A DNA stretch of 61,405 nucleotides, counting the filler, from Sphacelaria rigidula (lineage: Eukaryota), in NCBI GenBank assembly GCA_964200075.2. It is 10 parts of 10 records of this genome, joined end to end, with 100 filler letters (N's around TTAATTAATTAA, not from the genome) between each part and the next. Parts side by side here need not be neighbours in the genome. Positions count along the whole stretch, not along the records: positions 30,756 to 36,805 come from CAXNAA020022573.1; positions 36,906 to 42,955 come from CAXNAA020022574.1; positions 43,056 to 49,105 come from CAXNAA020022575.1; 7 more parts are not named here. The stretch is one strand, 5' to 3'. How positions within the stretch are numbered: position 1 is the first letter of the stretch; each line of letters begins with the position of its first letter. Below, one piece after another: positions 34,821 to 47,329 of this stretch. Under the pieces are notes generated by a model. The model was not told where the DNA came from and did no database searches. It saw only the letters and a program-made list of their open reading frames with translations. A program made the position numbers and the translations under genes.

Positions 34821-36905
34821 CCTAATGACCTTTGAAGTGTCGGGGGTGTTGACGATTGAACCCACGACAGCCGTACTCACACTTCTTCTCCGGCGAACTC
34901 ACCTCAAAGAAACATGTCGGAACGATCAGATACGTCGGGTTCTCGCACACCGGTTGCCAGCCAGGGGGAAGCGTCGCATCACCATAGGGAAAAGGGGCAT
35001 ACTGTCCGAAACTGGAGGGTGGCGATCTATCAACTCGCCGACGGCGAGGAGCAGGTCCAGTTTCGTCTGACGAACGCACCACTTCGACCAAGTGCTTCTG
35101 GTTGGGAACGCGCCTTCTCGGCGGCCGCCACATCCACGAGCAGCACCGCCCGATCACTGTTCTCGACACCAGCGCTGGCATTAAAGCACAAAGGCGCACA
35201 AAGAGATTAATAGCATGCGGGTAAGAGATACACGTTGGAGCAATGCCAGCGTTGAATCATGGTTTAGAGACACAGGGGCCAGGGAGACGGTGACCGGCAG
35301 AGAATAGGGGGACCTTGTTCGTCGGTGTGCACCACGGGCACACGATGCGTCAAGCGACGCACTGTGCACCAGGGGTAACAAAAATTCGTTTGCGCATCCG
35401 CCCCAGCGCAAACTTTTGGTCTAAATCACGCGCAGCGCAGATTTCCAGGGAGGGCTACGAGTATATGCGGCTTGCCGCACATAAACGTTTTGGGCTGCAC
35501 ATTCTACGCCACAGGCTCAAATAATTTCTGCGGATGTGTGTTTGACGGCACGCGCACAGAAAGTGGGGACTAATGTTTCTGCCGAAGGCGAAATTATTTT
35601 CGAGGCACTCCATGAACTCTTCAGTGATTGGGGCTACAAGGCTTGTTGAACACTTGCGATGTGCTTCCAAACGTTATCGTGTCGCCGGAGTCTGACATTA
35701 TTCAAGCATTAGCATTACCCCCGAGCATTTACTCGAAGATAAAGATCAGACCCGCGTTTCTGGTTGTTGACGTTAAAACCCGAAAAACTTTTATCATGAT
35801 ATAAATTTAATTCTCGGACCACTAAACTCTATATAGGGAAACAAGTTTCTTACAGTTTAATGTACAAGACGGTTTCTCATTGCGGTTGACAGTTTCATAA
35901 AAATCTCAGAAACAAATGGAGGCCAAGGGATAGTTTCGAGATGGGCTCTCCTGGATGATATTTGTTTGAAGAAAATACGAGCTGGGACCGAGATAATTTA
36001 TTCAATACCATTTTTTTGAGCAAGAGGGGGCAAGACTAGAACCGCCCGCCGGCGAACCCCACAGGAGAGACGCGCAAAAGATGTTTGTGCCCTTCTGCGT
36101 CATCTGGGTGACCCTTCTGGCAGCTTTTTCGAACATCCCTGGCGGCGTTCACACACTATCAGAGTAGACTTCGCTTGGTCATTCCGGCGCACGCGGGGTG
36201 GAATTGGGGGTTGAGTCTTTTTTTGGCATCAACCGTGCCGTCGAAAACGTGCAGCACACAAAAAACTGCACTGTCTGTGCAGCAAACAAATAACTGCACT
36301 GTCTGTGCTGCCGTATACAACTGCTGTCTCTGTGCTGCCGCGTACAGTATAGGATGTAGGTATCTTTTTCCACACAGTAGTAGAGCGGTCGTACTAAAAA
36401 TAATGCGGACAACATGGTGAAAGATACGGAAAACGTGCAGTACAGACAGTACCAGGCAGTACAGTACTGTCTTCACTGCCACATACCACGGCAGGATGCA
36501 GATGCCAGTTTGCACACAGACGTATCGCGTCTGTACTGAAAATAATGCGGACAACAACGTGCAATACAGACAGTACTACAGTTCTGGGCGGTCTAACTGT
36601 TCAGAGGTTTTTGGAGGTTTTCCTCGCGTACTATTCGTCGATCGTACTGGGCAGTTCGACAGTACTAGGCGGTCCAACTATTCAGGGATGTTTGAAGGGT
36701 TTCCTCGCGTACTACTCTTCGATATAACTCGAAATTGATAGCGTCGGTAGATGTTGGTAAATTGAACAGATCTTTACCCCCCCCCCCCCCCCCCCTCCTA
36801 GTGCCNNNNNNNNNNNNNNNNNNNNNNNNNNNNNNNNNNNNNNNNNNNNTTAATTAATTAANNNNNNNNNNNNNNNNNNNNNNNNNNNNNNNNNNNNNNN
36901 NNNNN

Positions 36906-37261
36906 CTGTTGGGCATGGTGTAAGAAAAATTCTCAGATTGCTCCGAGAATCGAACTCCACAACTCAAGAGTCAGGAGGTTACGAGGTTACCAACTCAGCC
37001 ACCGGGGCGCTTCTCCTTTTTTACTTGTTTTTAGTACCCCTCCTTCTGCGGTGGTTGCCTTTTTTTGTTATCGCAAGAGGGGTTCAGCAGTTCTTTTAAC
37101 TCGTGGACTTGGAAGTCATATTTTGTGTACCCACGACATAGTCGCTCTCCACTGTTGGGCATGGTGCAAGAAAAATTATCAGACCGCTCCGAGAATCGAA
37201 CCCCACAACTCAACCATCAGGTGAATACGAAGTTCCCAACTGAGCCACCGGGGCGACCGGC
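36906..37261 (-). mobile_element. Two head-to-tail tRNA-derived SINE A copies (36906-37010 and ~37030-37261)
   Basis: Minus-strand A box TGGCT(G/C)AGTTGG and B box GTTCGATTC in each copy. Confidence 0.75.
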
Positions 37262-40200
37262 TATATGATGCTTCCGTTCGTCATGACCTACATGAGTACT
37301 ATTGTGATATGTTTCCCTCGATGGCCACACTCGACGACAGGCGCGTCGGCGGTCGCTCCAGCCGAGCCACCCTCGCTTGGATATCGTCACCTCACAATCA
37401 GCACCATCTTCCGCGCCTGAGATCCCAAACATTGTTTATTCTCTCCCATTTGCATCATAACGTATGATCATACTCTAATACAAACAGTACTCTGTGTACA
37501 CAACATGAACAGTAACAGTATCATGACCACGACAGAAGGGTAAAGGCGCCTCCAGCGTGTTACGCCCAGTTTAGTGCCGGTCGGTAATAATGTGCGGTCG
37601 GTTTCAGAATCGAGGTTCTGTACACAGACAGCACACTTTAATTAATAACTGCGTCGAAACGGAAAAGGCTACTCATAGATCGGAGCAAAATCAGGCACGA
37701 GCAAGTCGAGGGTTGCGCGCTATATCGTGCCACACAAGATGGCGGCATCAAGTGAGAATGGCAACCCATATTTCCCAGAGGTGGATCGGTGGATTGGCTA
37801 CATAGTGGACGACTCATCCGGTGGACAAGCCCACGATAAATGTGATAAGACAGCCCCTGTGCTGTCTGCGTACCACGGTGAGTGACGGGATATAACACTC
37901 CCCCCTCGTGTGATCTTGAAGAGTTTATTCTGTTGATTGAGTGAGCAAGTCCCTACGCCTAAAGCGAACAAAATCAATCGCATATTTATATATCGATACA
38001 ATGATACCATTACTAGAGAGGTGGTCACGGCGAGACCCGGAAAAGTGGCGATATTGCAATTCTTGAGCTTGAGGGTGTTAAACAACGCAAATGGTGGAAA
38101 ATGACGAAAGTGGTACCCCTCCCAGGCACGACCTGGATTGCAAAGATCCGAAGCAAAGTTGTGTGTTGTATAACAACATGCAGACGGCATGACCGATGGA
38201 TCTGATGTTCGCCGTCGGTATCTGCAGTTTCTATTTTTCGACTGCAAGGAGGCTTTTCGACCGAAACGGCACGAGTTGCTTGACCAAGTTTTGACCAGAG
38301 GCCAGACCGCGGGAGGTTGCTTGCTGCCTAGCCCCTGTGGGTGCTAAGGTGGCATATGTAGCGACAGCATCTTGTGGACATTGAGGATATGGAGCATCGC
38401 CGCCATTTGGGCGCTGATTATTTGGGGTATCCTTCCGGTTGTGGGGCTACAGGTCGGCGGAAGCGATCATATTTTCAAGGTATTTTCAAGGAGGGCACTG
38501 AAGCAAGCCTCTGTGATACAATCGCTGTGATACGCAGGGCAACGCGATAAAGCAGGAGGGTACTCGTATGAAGAGTGAGTAGCGGACGAGGCGGAGGGGG
38601 GGGGGGGGCTGTGTTGCACGTTCAGGATGTCGCTTCGTTGGATCCACTTGTTTCGTGATCGGGCTACAGTGTCCGCACACAACAAACAGGTCACTCTTGA
38701 CTATTGGTGCACGGCCTCATAGGCGATTATGCATAGCGATCCGACTCGACTTGCTGTTTATAGACAGTATCGTACAACCATCCAACGGTACAGTCGCATA
38801 CCCCGTTCCAAAAGCCTGTTTTGGGCCCAGGAAAGCAACGATGTTTGGTATACTGCTCCTGTACAGCACAAGAGTTGGGGGGTTGATTTCAAGGGGGGCA
38901 AGTATGGAAGGGAGGTGCCGGGCGGGGATTTTTACCTTTTCACCCCCAGTGAGCAGCACGCCGCGGTGTTCAATGTATCACTGTATCACCAGGTAAAGCA
39001 GCCAGCGAGGCGGTTACGATAAAGTCCAGGCACGATTACCATCGATCGTTTGCCAGTCGGCCTCTGCTTGTCATAGGATGACCTGCTGAACGGCACTGAC
39101 TGTAGGTCGCATACTCAGCGCCAACCGCAGCAAATCTGAGTGTCAAGTTCTCCCTGGCTAAACAGCACACACGTCGTTTCACGGGGGCGGTATGACCGAG
39201 GTGGCAGTGACTATACTGCACGCTGCTGTACCATACCGTACTGTCTGTACAACATGTTGTGCTGCCGCACAGCATTGCACCGTGCTGCATGCAACTACCT
39301 GATGCACAGCACAAGCTTCGTCTTGCTGTGAATGCGCTGCACAAGATGCACCGAAGTAGGGTGATGCTATACAGTACAGCGCAGTAGTGATGCGTAGCTC
39401 TCTGCGGTACTGTGCTGGGCAAAACGCTGTTCGGCACCACCATCAGCTAGCGCCAGTGAACGAGTACTACACGTGTACAGCATGGATGTGCCCTCTTATA
39501 TACTGTACTGTACAGTACTGCACTCGTCCACGCAACGTACACGCTGCACCGCTGGCGGTACCGTACTGTAGTGTACTACATGCACTGTCTAGAGCACCTG
39601 CTGTGCTTGGACACGCACAAGTTACATCCCCACAGTTTAGAGTGATGGAGTCGATGTATCTATGCTCGTTTTACACAATACGATTTATTTGATTTTGGGA
39701 ACTTCTCAACTCTCGCCACTTTTTTCCCACGCTCAATCGCGGAACAGGGAGCACGGCAGTTTTGGGATCATTGTCGTGTTTGCCCCCCTGCTAGATAGAT
39801 TCCAGACCCATTTTAACGTGTCATCATATACAGTAGGAGCACCTCAAGCAAGTAACATCATCAGGATCACCCCACAATACCGCAAAAGAACATGCCTAGT
39901 ACAGTGCAGTCGGTGTGTGCTCAGCAAGGAGGGTGTGAGTATGCAAAGCTGCACGCTGCGAGTATAAGATGACCAACTGCACATTAGTGCTATGAGGGGA
40001 AAGGAGGCAAAGGCTTTGAAGCTGCCAGAAATACGTGAGAACTTTCTTGCAAAAATCGCGAAGAAGATACAGGCTGGTTACGGAAAAAGTCACAAGATGC
40101 CTTCTCAGCGAAAATTCCCGATGAATTTTGTGAGTTCGCCCTATAAATTTGGTATGGATGTTCTTTGTGCAGAAGCAAAAATAAAAGCGCTGGGCCCTTT

Positions 40201-40692
40201 GTTCGAAATATGAGTTTTACTTCTGTGGAGGCAGTTTTTCATTCTTTGCTTCTTAGTTGACAACCCTGGCCCTCAAACTCGAGAAAAAGACGAGGGAAAT
40301 CGGAGAGTGTCCGGCGCATTTTTTCTCGTTTGCTCATGGAGAACGTGTCTGCCACATATCAAGGGACAACGCTCGGTAATCACCTGAAAATGTCAGTGCT
40401 GGTGTAGAGCAACCATTCCCGTAAAAGGGGCTAATTTTGGCCAACTTTTAAGTACAAAGTTTTCGATGTTACCCCCTTTTGTTCTGGGCCCGTTTTTGCA
40501 GGTAGGATACCTCAAATTAAAATCAAAGGGTATTTCAGCACAAGTTGTGAAACAATTGTCAAAAGCTTTTGTACTTAGTTGGGTATTGTTTGGAATGAAG
40601 TGGTCTGAATTTGGTGTAGGTTCTGAAGGAGTTTCGTCCCAACACATCCGTCCGTTGAGCAGGACAGCCTCCCGGTGAGGCTGCCGCCTACA

Positions 40693-40947
40693 GGACAATG
40701 CGACGGTAAGGGTGCACTTTTGGCGCAAAATCTTGTCTGGTGCAGGGGCCCCTAACGATTCTAGATGCACAAGAATATGAATCAGGGCATCCTCGCTTGA
40801 AAATTCATTCGGGATATCTCCAGTACATTAGATGAGTAATCAAGGCGTACTCTCACATATTTCATAGGTCATGTTTTGCATGAGATCAAGGGCGTCTAAC
40901 AATTCTAACCTGAGGAAATATTTTTTACCCCTACCGTAGCATCCCTC
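40693..40947. mobile_element. Sola2-like MITE, TSD TACA
   Basis: TACA|GGACAATGCGACGGTAAGGG...CCCTACCGTAGCATCCCTC|TACA. Confidence 0.75.
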
Positions 40948-41044
40948 TACAATGATTTGCACGTCAAGATGTGCCGATACATCAAGGCTTCAGAAGAAGA
41001 GAAAAGAGGTCTGCGCTCTGCTCGTCCCCAGAAGAAACGTCTCT

Positions 41045-41271
41045 ACGGTTATGAGTTCTGCAAGACATTCATAACCGTGCCCAGAACTTTTGTAAGCTTG
41101 GTACATATTCTGTACAATATCCGAGGTACGAGTATACTAATCGGAACTACGAGGGTAGGGGTGAGGGTGCGGGTATGACGGCCATGCCCGTACCCGGGAT
41201 TCTGCAAGTTCTGTACAACCTCCATACCCGTACCCGGCACGCCCATACCCTACAGACAGTATACAACCTTG
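41045..41271 (-). repeat. GGGTAC-rich interspersed repeat (copies at 58929-59338 and 59398-59973)
   Basis: Shared CAAGGTTGT(G/A)T terminus and repeated CGGGTACGGGTATGGA/ACAGAACT motifs. Confidence 0.6.
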
Positions 41272-41414
41272 CAGTCATGCTTAACGTCGCTACAGTATCT
41301 TGCGAATCAGTACATGCAGCAGTTCGTATATCCCAGACGGCCGTGTCGTGTTGTTGATGTGGCGCGCAACCAAGTGATGCCACAGCTAGGCATGCATTAT
41401 GCAATACGAATGTA

Positions 41415-41948
41415 CGGTAGTGGGCGGTCTAACTATTTTGGGGTGTTATGGGATTTTCCTCGCGTAATACTCTTCGATAGAACTCGACATTGCTAGCGTC
41501 GGTAGATTATCGTACAATAAACAGATCATTCTCGAAACACAGTGCCCAAGTCAGCGTCAGTTGGTGTTATCGGTCGATACGAGTATTTACCCCGTTTATC
41601 AGGAGGGTGTTATTGACCGTGAAACACAGTTTTTCGGCTGTAGTGCAAGAGTAGGTAGAATTTCGAAAAAATGAAACTGTACATTTCTTCACAAATATGA
41701 TCGGGACATGCTCGATCGACCGAAAATACGGACGAGTAAGAATCTGGGCTGAAACGTGGCAGGACCCCCGATGGCCGGTCAGCCCGTGAGTCAATCAATG
41801 TTGAGTATAAATGTTTTTTTTTTCTTGCAATGTGGGCGGGATACGAATATCTTCAGATCCCCAATGTGATGAGCGGTGGCAAGCGAAAAGAGTCCAAGAA
41901 AATCGCAATTTACGAAAAGGTCACGAATAGTTAGACCGCCCACCACTG
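41415..41948. mobile_element. Tc1/mariner-type MITE (partial related copies at 36584-36772)
   Basis: TA|CGGTAGTGGGCGGTCTAACTATT...AATAGTTAGACCGCCCACCACTG|TA. Confidence 0.75.
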
Positions 41949-43055
41949 TACGGTATATCTGTATGTGTCATGGGCGGCCTCTTGTTCATCGAGGGAAAAT
42001 GAGGGGGGGAAACCGAAAAAAAGAACATCACGAAAAATAATTGAACGGCGATCGGAAGGCCTTGGAAGGAAATGCGCTACCCCTCCCTGTCAGCTCCTAT
42101 GATAAAGAGAGAGGAAGGAAATATGGTTGTTTTTAGTGCTCAAGAGAAACATTGGACTCTCTTCACAGCATCTGGCGTTCTTGGAGGACGGGATCGATTT
42201 TTCATGTACTGTACCATGAGAAACACGCGAGTACTGGGGGAAACGTGAAGGAAAGAATGTGGTTGAAAAAATGCAAATGATACAGGTGTTGGAGCTAACT
42301 CCATCATCTCTGTCTTCTCGTTGGATGAACGCGAAATGTGGTTTTCGTGGCGCTTAAGGAAAAACTTGCTCCCTATCTCATATTTTGACAAACTGCTTCC
42401 TTCCGCACCAAACAAGACGGACAAATGGCGGAGAGGAAGTTGCAATAACGGGGGTGGATATAAGCTGATAAGAACGAAAATGCGAACGAATTGTATTGGA
42501 GCGAAGTACTTCCCATCCAGTCAGTTCCGGAATAAAGTCCTCCTGCCGCTCGAGAGAAATGTTGCTTTTTATCTATCTATCTATCTACAGTAGATATTGT
42601 TCTTCATGCGCCGATTTTGTTCTGAAGCAAGAAAAGAACAAGGGGATGGGGGGAAAGTAGAAACAAAACAAGAGGCAGAGAAAAATGTCAAACGAAGATG
42701 TACCCACCCCTGTCGGCATATAATCTCAAAGATTAGCGGCACAACGGAATTTTCGTAGCGCTCGAGAGAAAAATTGCACTCCGTGCGAAGTTATTGGTGG
42801 ACGGACTGACCTCACCGTTTCCTACAGTAAGTGTGGGTGGACTGGAATGTGGGTTTTGGGGTGAAATGCCGGCAGTAGTGTGGAGTGTTTCACGGTTAAG
42901 GTGAATCATCACGGGTTCGAATCACCAAATCCACGATTTCTTCGGCCTGGTTGCCNNNNNNNNNNNNNNNNNNNNNNNNNNNNNNNNNNNNNNNNNNNNT
43001 TAATTAATTAANNNNNNNNNNNNNNNNNNNNNNNNNNNNNNNNNNNNNNNNNNNN

Positions 43056-43121
43056 TTTGTAGGGATGCGAGGTCAATGGTCTGATGACTATGGCAAGCAT
43101 GATCATGAGTACACCCCCCCC
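43056..43121 (+). mobile_element. R1 3' end at contig start
   Basis: TTTGTAGGGATGCGAGGTCAATGGTC...GAGTACACCCCCCCC. Confidence 0.75.
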
Positions 43122-44219
43122 ACCGGTATTCCGACCCTGCGTGAGAATATGCTGCACAGATGGGGTCCACTACAGTGTGCTACAAGACACTCACTACTTT
43201 CTTGGTCGGATACTTATTTTATTAACCAAAGGTTGGGGGTTCGAGTCCGTGGGTGATCGATTGTCATGGGAATCAATGAGTGGACCTTGAATGCATAGGC
43301 TTGCAAGGGGCTTGCGGATCAGGAAATCGCTCAAGTATCATGCCGGGACCGACCGCACACCATATACATATATACATATATATATATCCTTTGTTCACTC
43401 ACAAAGGAGGCGTTTTGGCCACTGAATCAGTGGGCGTGCTCACTGGTTCTGTGGTCGAATGTCTGCTTGATGAACAAAGTGCAATCCTCCTCAAAGTGCG
43501 GGGTCCTACGTAAGACTGTGCGGTCACAGTCGCCTGTCACAAGTTCGAGCCGCTACACTGCTATCAAATGATTGCGATTCAAGTATCGTGCAAGGCCCCA
43601 CAAGAGTGCGATCATACGTTGTTGGCAACCCACCGCACTGTGGTGGCACCCCTACTATACTGCAACAGGCATATATGCAGCACATGGGCCAAATAAATAT
43701 CGATGCGCGGTGCGGGACTTCTGGCAGAGGACCTCGAGTTTCAGCAGTATGCAAACTCTAGGTACATCTACATCTTACTGCCGGAAACATCTAGACTCCC
43801 GGCACGCCAGGGGGTATGTGTGGTCTGTTTCAAATGTACACACACATATATATATATATACGTATACATGTGGAGATCACTACTTTGGTATGTGCGGAGA
43901 TTTCCTTTCATGACGTGTAACCTAGTCAACGGCCGTTACAGGTGCAGTTCTCACTGCCGGGAGTTCCGACACTACCATGTCTGTACAACCAGATCTGGGG
44001 CCCCAAGGTAACAGGGATCTTTCCAGCGGACTGTTGGCAAGCCCTGGGGATCATAATAACTCGCTCGCGCTCTTCGAGCTCTGCCGAGTGATCCAACTGC
44101 CTAACCCCCTCGACTGCGGTTAATCCTTGACTAAACAACACGAAGAAAATCATCAGCCACCTTCGACGGTTGCTATCGTCCACCGGGAGTCGCACGACCT
44201 CCACATACATATATGTTTA

Positions 44220-44765
44220 CTTCCTCTGTCCCATAAGTAAAGGTACCTAACTTTGTACAGGCCCTGAACGATGTCCGTTTTTTTTTTCTTTTAATGAACT
44301 CTACGGTGCTTTTTGGGTTCAGAAAATGTGTTTAAAATTTGCAGCTCGTGCTTGAACCATGCCGCCGAATAGCTGCAAAAAAGGTAGTCGGCCCCAAAAT
44401 GGCCGTTTTTTGCCCCTTTCCGAGTGGAAAAAAGTGTCGATTTTTTTTTTTCTGATTTTTTTTAATCGCGTGGGACTTCCTGGCAGCAAGCCCCAGTGAA
44501 GGCGAGGGTGATTTAATTTTTTTTTTTCAAGTTAAATATCGACACTTTTTTTCCCTCGGAAAGGGGCAAAAAACGGCCATTTTTTGGGCCGACTACTTTT
44601 TTTGCAGCCGTTCGGCGGCATGGTTCAAGCACGAGCTGCAAATTTGAAACACATTTTCTGAACCCAAAAAGCACCGTAGAGTTCATTTAGAAAAAGAAAA
44701 AAACGATCGGACATCGTTAAGGGCCCGTACAAATTTAGGTACCTTTACTTATGGGACAGAGGAAG
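44220..44765. mobile_element. Stowaway-like fold-back MITE with ~220-bp near-perfect arms
   Basis: TA|CTTCCTCTGTCCCATAAGTAAAGGTACC...GGTACCTTTACTTATGGGACAGAGGAAG|CA. Confidence 0.85.
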
Positions 44766-44902
44766 CATATATGCGCATCAGGAATGCTTCTTGTTCGATC
44801 ACGAGGGGAATGTTTATCGTCGTAAACTGCTGTTTGGATCGTCTCGTACGTGGTGGAAAAAAAATCGAGCACGGAATTTTTATTCTGCGTGGTGCGGTGC
44901 AG

Positions 44903-45006
44903 GACGAGGTGCCGGGGCTGCAAGTACGACTCGATGGAGAGTGGCTGGACGTACCACCGAGGCCTGGGGCTTTCATCTGCAACCTCGGCGACATGCTGCA
45001 GCGTTG
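44903..45006 (+). CDS. 2OG-Fe(II) dioxygenase (IPNS/DIOX-like), exon
   Basis: DEVPGLQV...[22 protein letters not shown]. cag acceptor and gtgagc donor. Confidence 0.9.
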
Positions 45007-45347
45007 GTGAGCGATCTTCTGTCCTGCCTGACTTAATTTTGGGTCTTTGTAATCATTTACTACTGTAGTGTACGGTAGATATCGACCCCGAACGAGATTT
45101 GTTGCGGTCGGTGACGCCCGCGGTCAGAAAGTATGAGTCCCGCCAAGGCCGCAAGCGTTTTGAAAAACAAAGGAGAAACGGTCCGTAGCTCGCCACTAGC
45201 CGTGGAGATGAAATGAAACGGCAGCGGTTTCCATCGATTGGAGCTCAGCCGTTCCTCTTGTCCCTTACCCCGTCTGCTCGCTCTCGTTCGAATGTATGGT
45301 TCTTTGGCCCACGCAAAACCGACACCGCAAAATGCGTGCCAACGTAG

Positions 45348-45450
45348 GACGAACGACCATCTACGATCGACAGTTCACCGCGTTGTAAACAAGCTGGGTC
45401 GGGAACGCTACAGCATCCCCTTCTTCTTCGAGCCGGACTTCGAAACAGAG
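45348..45450 (+). CDS. 2OG-Fe(II) dioxygenase exon with the distal His and RxS motif
   Basis: TNDHLRSTVHRVVN...ERYSIPFFFEP, in phase with the flanking exons. Confidence 0.9.
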
Positions 45451-45928
45451 GTAACTCATGTCTGTTGATGAATGCAGCGCTGTAGACAACACACAATGTA
45501 TCATTTGTCCTTGCATATCGCTCGCACCAACACCGCTGATCCGAAAAATCGCTGTGGGGGAACGAACGTGCTACTTGCTGTCGGCCTGTCGTCGCATGCT
45601 GATGATTACACAGCTACCGACAACCACCATGCGTGGTATTATCGCTAGTCAGCTACAGATCTGACTACTATAGGTCACCCCCCTCTCTTCCCTGCCCCGC
45701 GTCTTAACCTCCTAGCGTACGGATTTCATTCGTTGGGCTCCAGAGGGCTCTATCAACCTTTTTTAGTAGAGCTAACGTGTGATGTCAAATGCTTTGCTTT
45801 GCCCGGTATGTTCATCATTTTTCCCAAGTTCCCCGGGCTACAACGGAAGTGTCCTCGAAAAAGGCATCTCAAGAACCCTTCAGGAATCTTAACTGCGAAA
45901 ATGGAAGCCTATCCGAAGAAAGGGTATA

Positions 45929-46750
45929 CTTCCTCTGTCTCATAAGTTAGGACCGACTTTGTCACAGACACCTTTAATCGTGTTCGATTAATTTATCGTT
46001 TTTTTTGTTGAAATCTTCGGCGTTTTTTTAGTTGAATCCAGTTTTTATTTTTTTTGTTCGCGCATCACTCAAGGTGGTCGAACGGCCACAAAAAAATCAG
46101 TCGGCCTAAACATGGCCGATTTTCGCCCCTTTTCCGGGGGGCAAGAAAGTGTCGGAAAAACAATGAAAACACTCCGCAGCGCCGCGGCTTTCGTCGGAGT
46201 AAGATGCGAAGGGCGTCCACTCCTTGGGGTGATCGAAAGATCAAGCTCCCCAGATGCCACTATCTACCCTCTGCACTCTTTTAACAGCCGTCTAGGAAAC
46301 TGTCCGCCTACGCCGTACTTTTCGGCGAGAGGGCCAAAAAAGCCCGCGGGCGCCCTCGAAGTGCCTGGCGGGATGCCCGCGGCGATCTTGAACGCCATGG
46401 CATAACGTAGGCCCAACGATAGTTATCTACCGCGTTTACGAGGCGGAGGGGTTCTCACGGGCGAGTCCATGGTGTAGTGTGCAGGTGGACGGGTGTAAAT
46501 GGTGTTTTCATGGACTATTCTCAAAGAATTCTCGAAAAAATCTCAAAATAATTCCCAAAATTGGCTATTTTTGCGGGCTTTTCGACCCAAAATATAAGAT
46601 ACAAAAAATCGTTTTTTTCTTCTTTTTTTTTGCACCAGCTAGCTGTAGAAAATATCTTTCTTATGATACCAACTACAGCATCGTGAGCAACTCCGTTAGA
46701 AAAATACGATCTGTGCCCCAACTGGGTCCTAACTTATGAGACAGAGGAAG
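45929..46750. mobile_element. Stowaway-like/mariner-derived element in the dioxygenase intron
   Basis: TA|CTTCCTCTGTCTCATAAGTTAGGACC...GGTCCTAACTTATGAGACAGAGGAAG|TA. Confidence 0.8.
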
Positions 46751-47203
46751 TACGTCGCCAATTCGAATAAATATACCCAAGATGATCTCGGTTACTCAAA
46801 TCCGAGAAATTGGGTGTATCGGGGGTACGCTAGCGAGGACCCCGTTTTCCCGGTCCGTAGCATTTCTCCTTTGGCTAGTTATGCTTGTATGGTTGAAGGA
46901 TGGTGGGACCACTTGCGTGAAACTGCTCCACTCACGTTGTAGAAAATGCTGCTTCGTCAAGGGTCCCAGCGCAAAGAACCGCACTCTGTGCACACGCCCA
47001 TTTCTCCCTCTACCCTGCGTATTTTTGTCGCCGAGACGCGACCTCTACCGGAATGGATCAACATTAAACGAAACGATGCCCGTTTGTCGTCAACGTGCTC
47101 GCCCTCCTCATCGTACACTTGCACTCCGTATGATGCTTGTCATGCACTTCTCTCACCTCGCCCTGTTACCGCTGCCTCCTCCGCCCCCCCCCCCCCCAAA
47201 AAG

Positions 47204-47329
47204 GTCGTGTGCATACCGCAGTTCTGCTCCGGAGACAACCCTGCGAAGTACCCTCCAATTACCAGCGGTCAGCACCTGAGGGACAAGTACAACCAGACCC
47301 ACACCAATTTCGCGGGTCAACAGCAGTGA
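47204..47329 (+). CDS. 2OG-Fe(II) dioxygenase terminal exon
   Basis: VVCIPQFCSGDNPAKYPPITSGQHLRDKYNQTH...stop, a typical C-terminus for this family. Phase 0. Confidence 0.85.
   Translation, partial: VVCIPQFCSGDNPAKYPPITSGQHLRDKYNQTHTNFAGQQQ

Noticed and set aside
34364..34825. Overlapping ORFs or a CRISPR-like repeat
   Set aside because: Short TACTCG motifs without a repeat-spacer period. A low-complexity interspersed repeat.
36250..36590. Cys/Thr-rich ORFs here and at 39036-39692
   Set aside because: Degenerate (TACTG/CAGTA)-type low-complexity repeats without splice or protein signal.
36935..37010. tRNA gene (A and B boxes present; similar at 10680-10756, 15395-15466, 42870-42930, 52911-52985)
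   Set aside because: No complete cloverleaf is evident. Most continue into a shared repeat body, so they are SINE heads.
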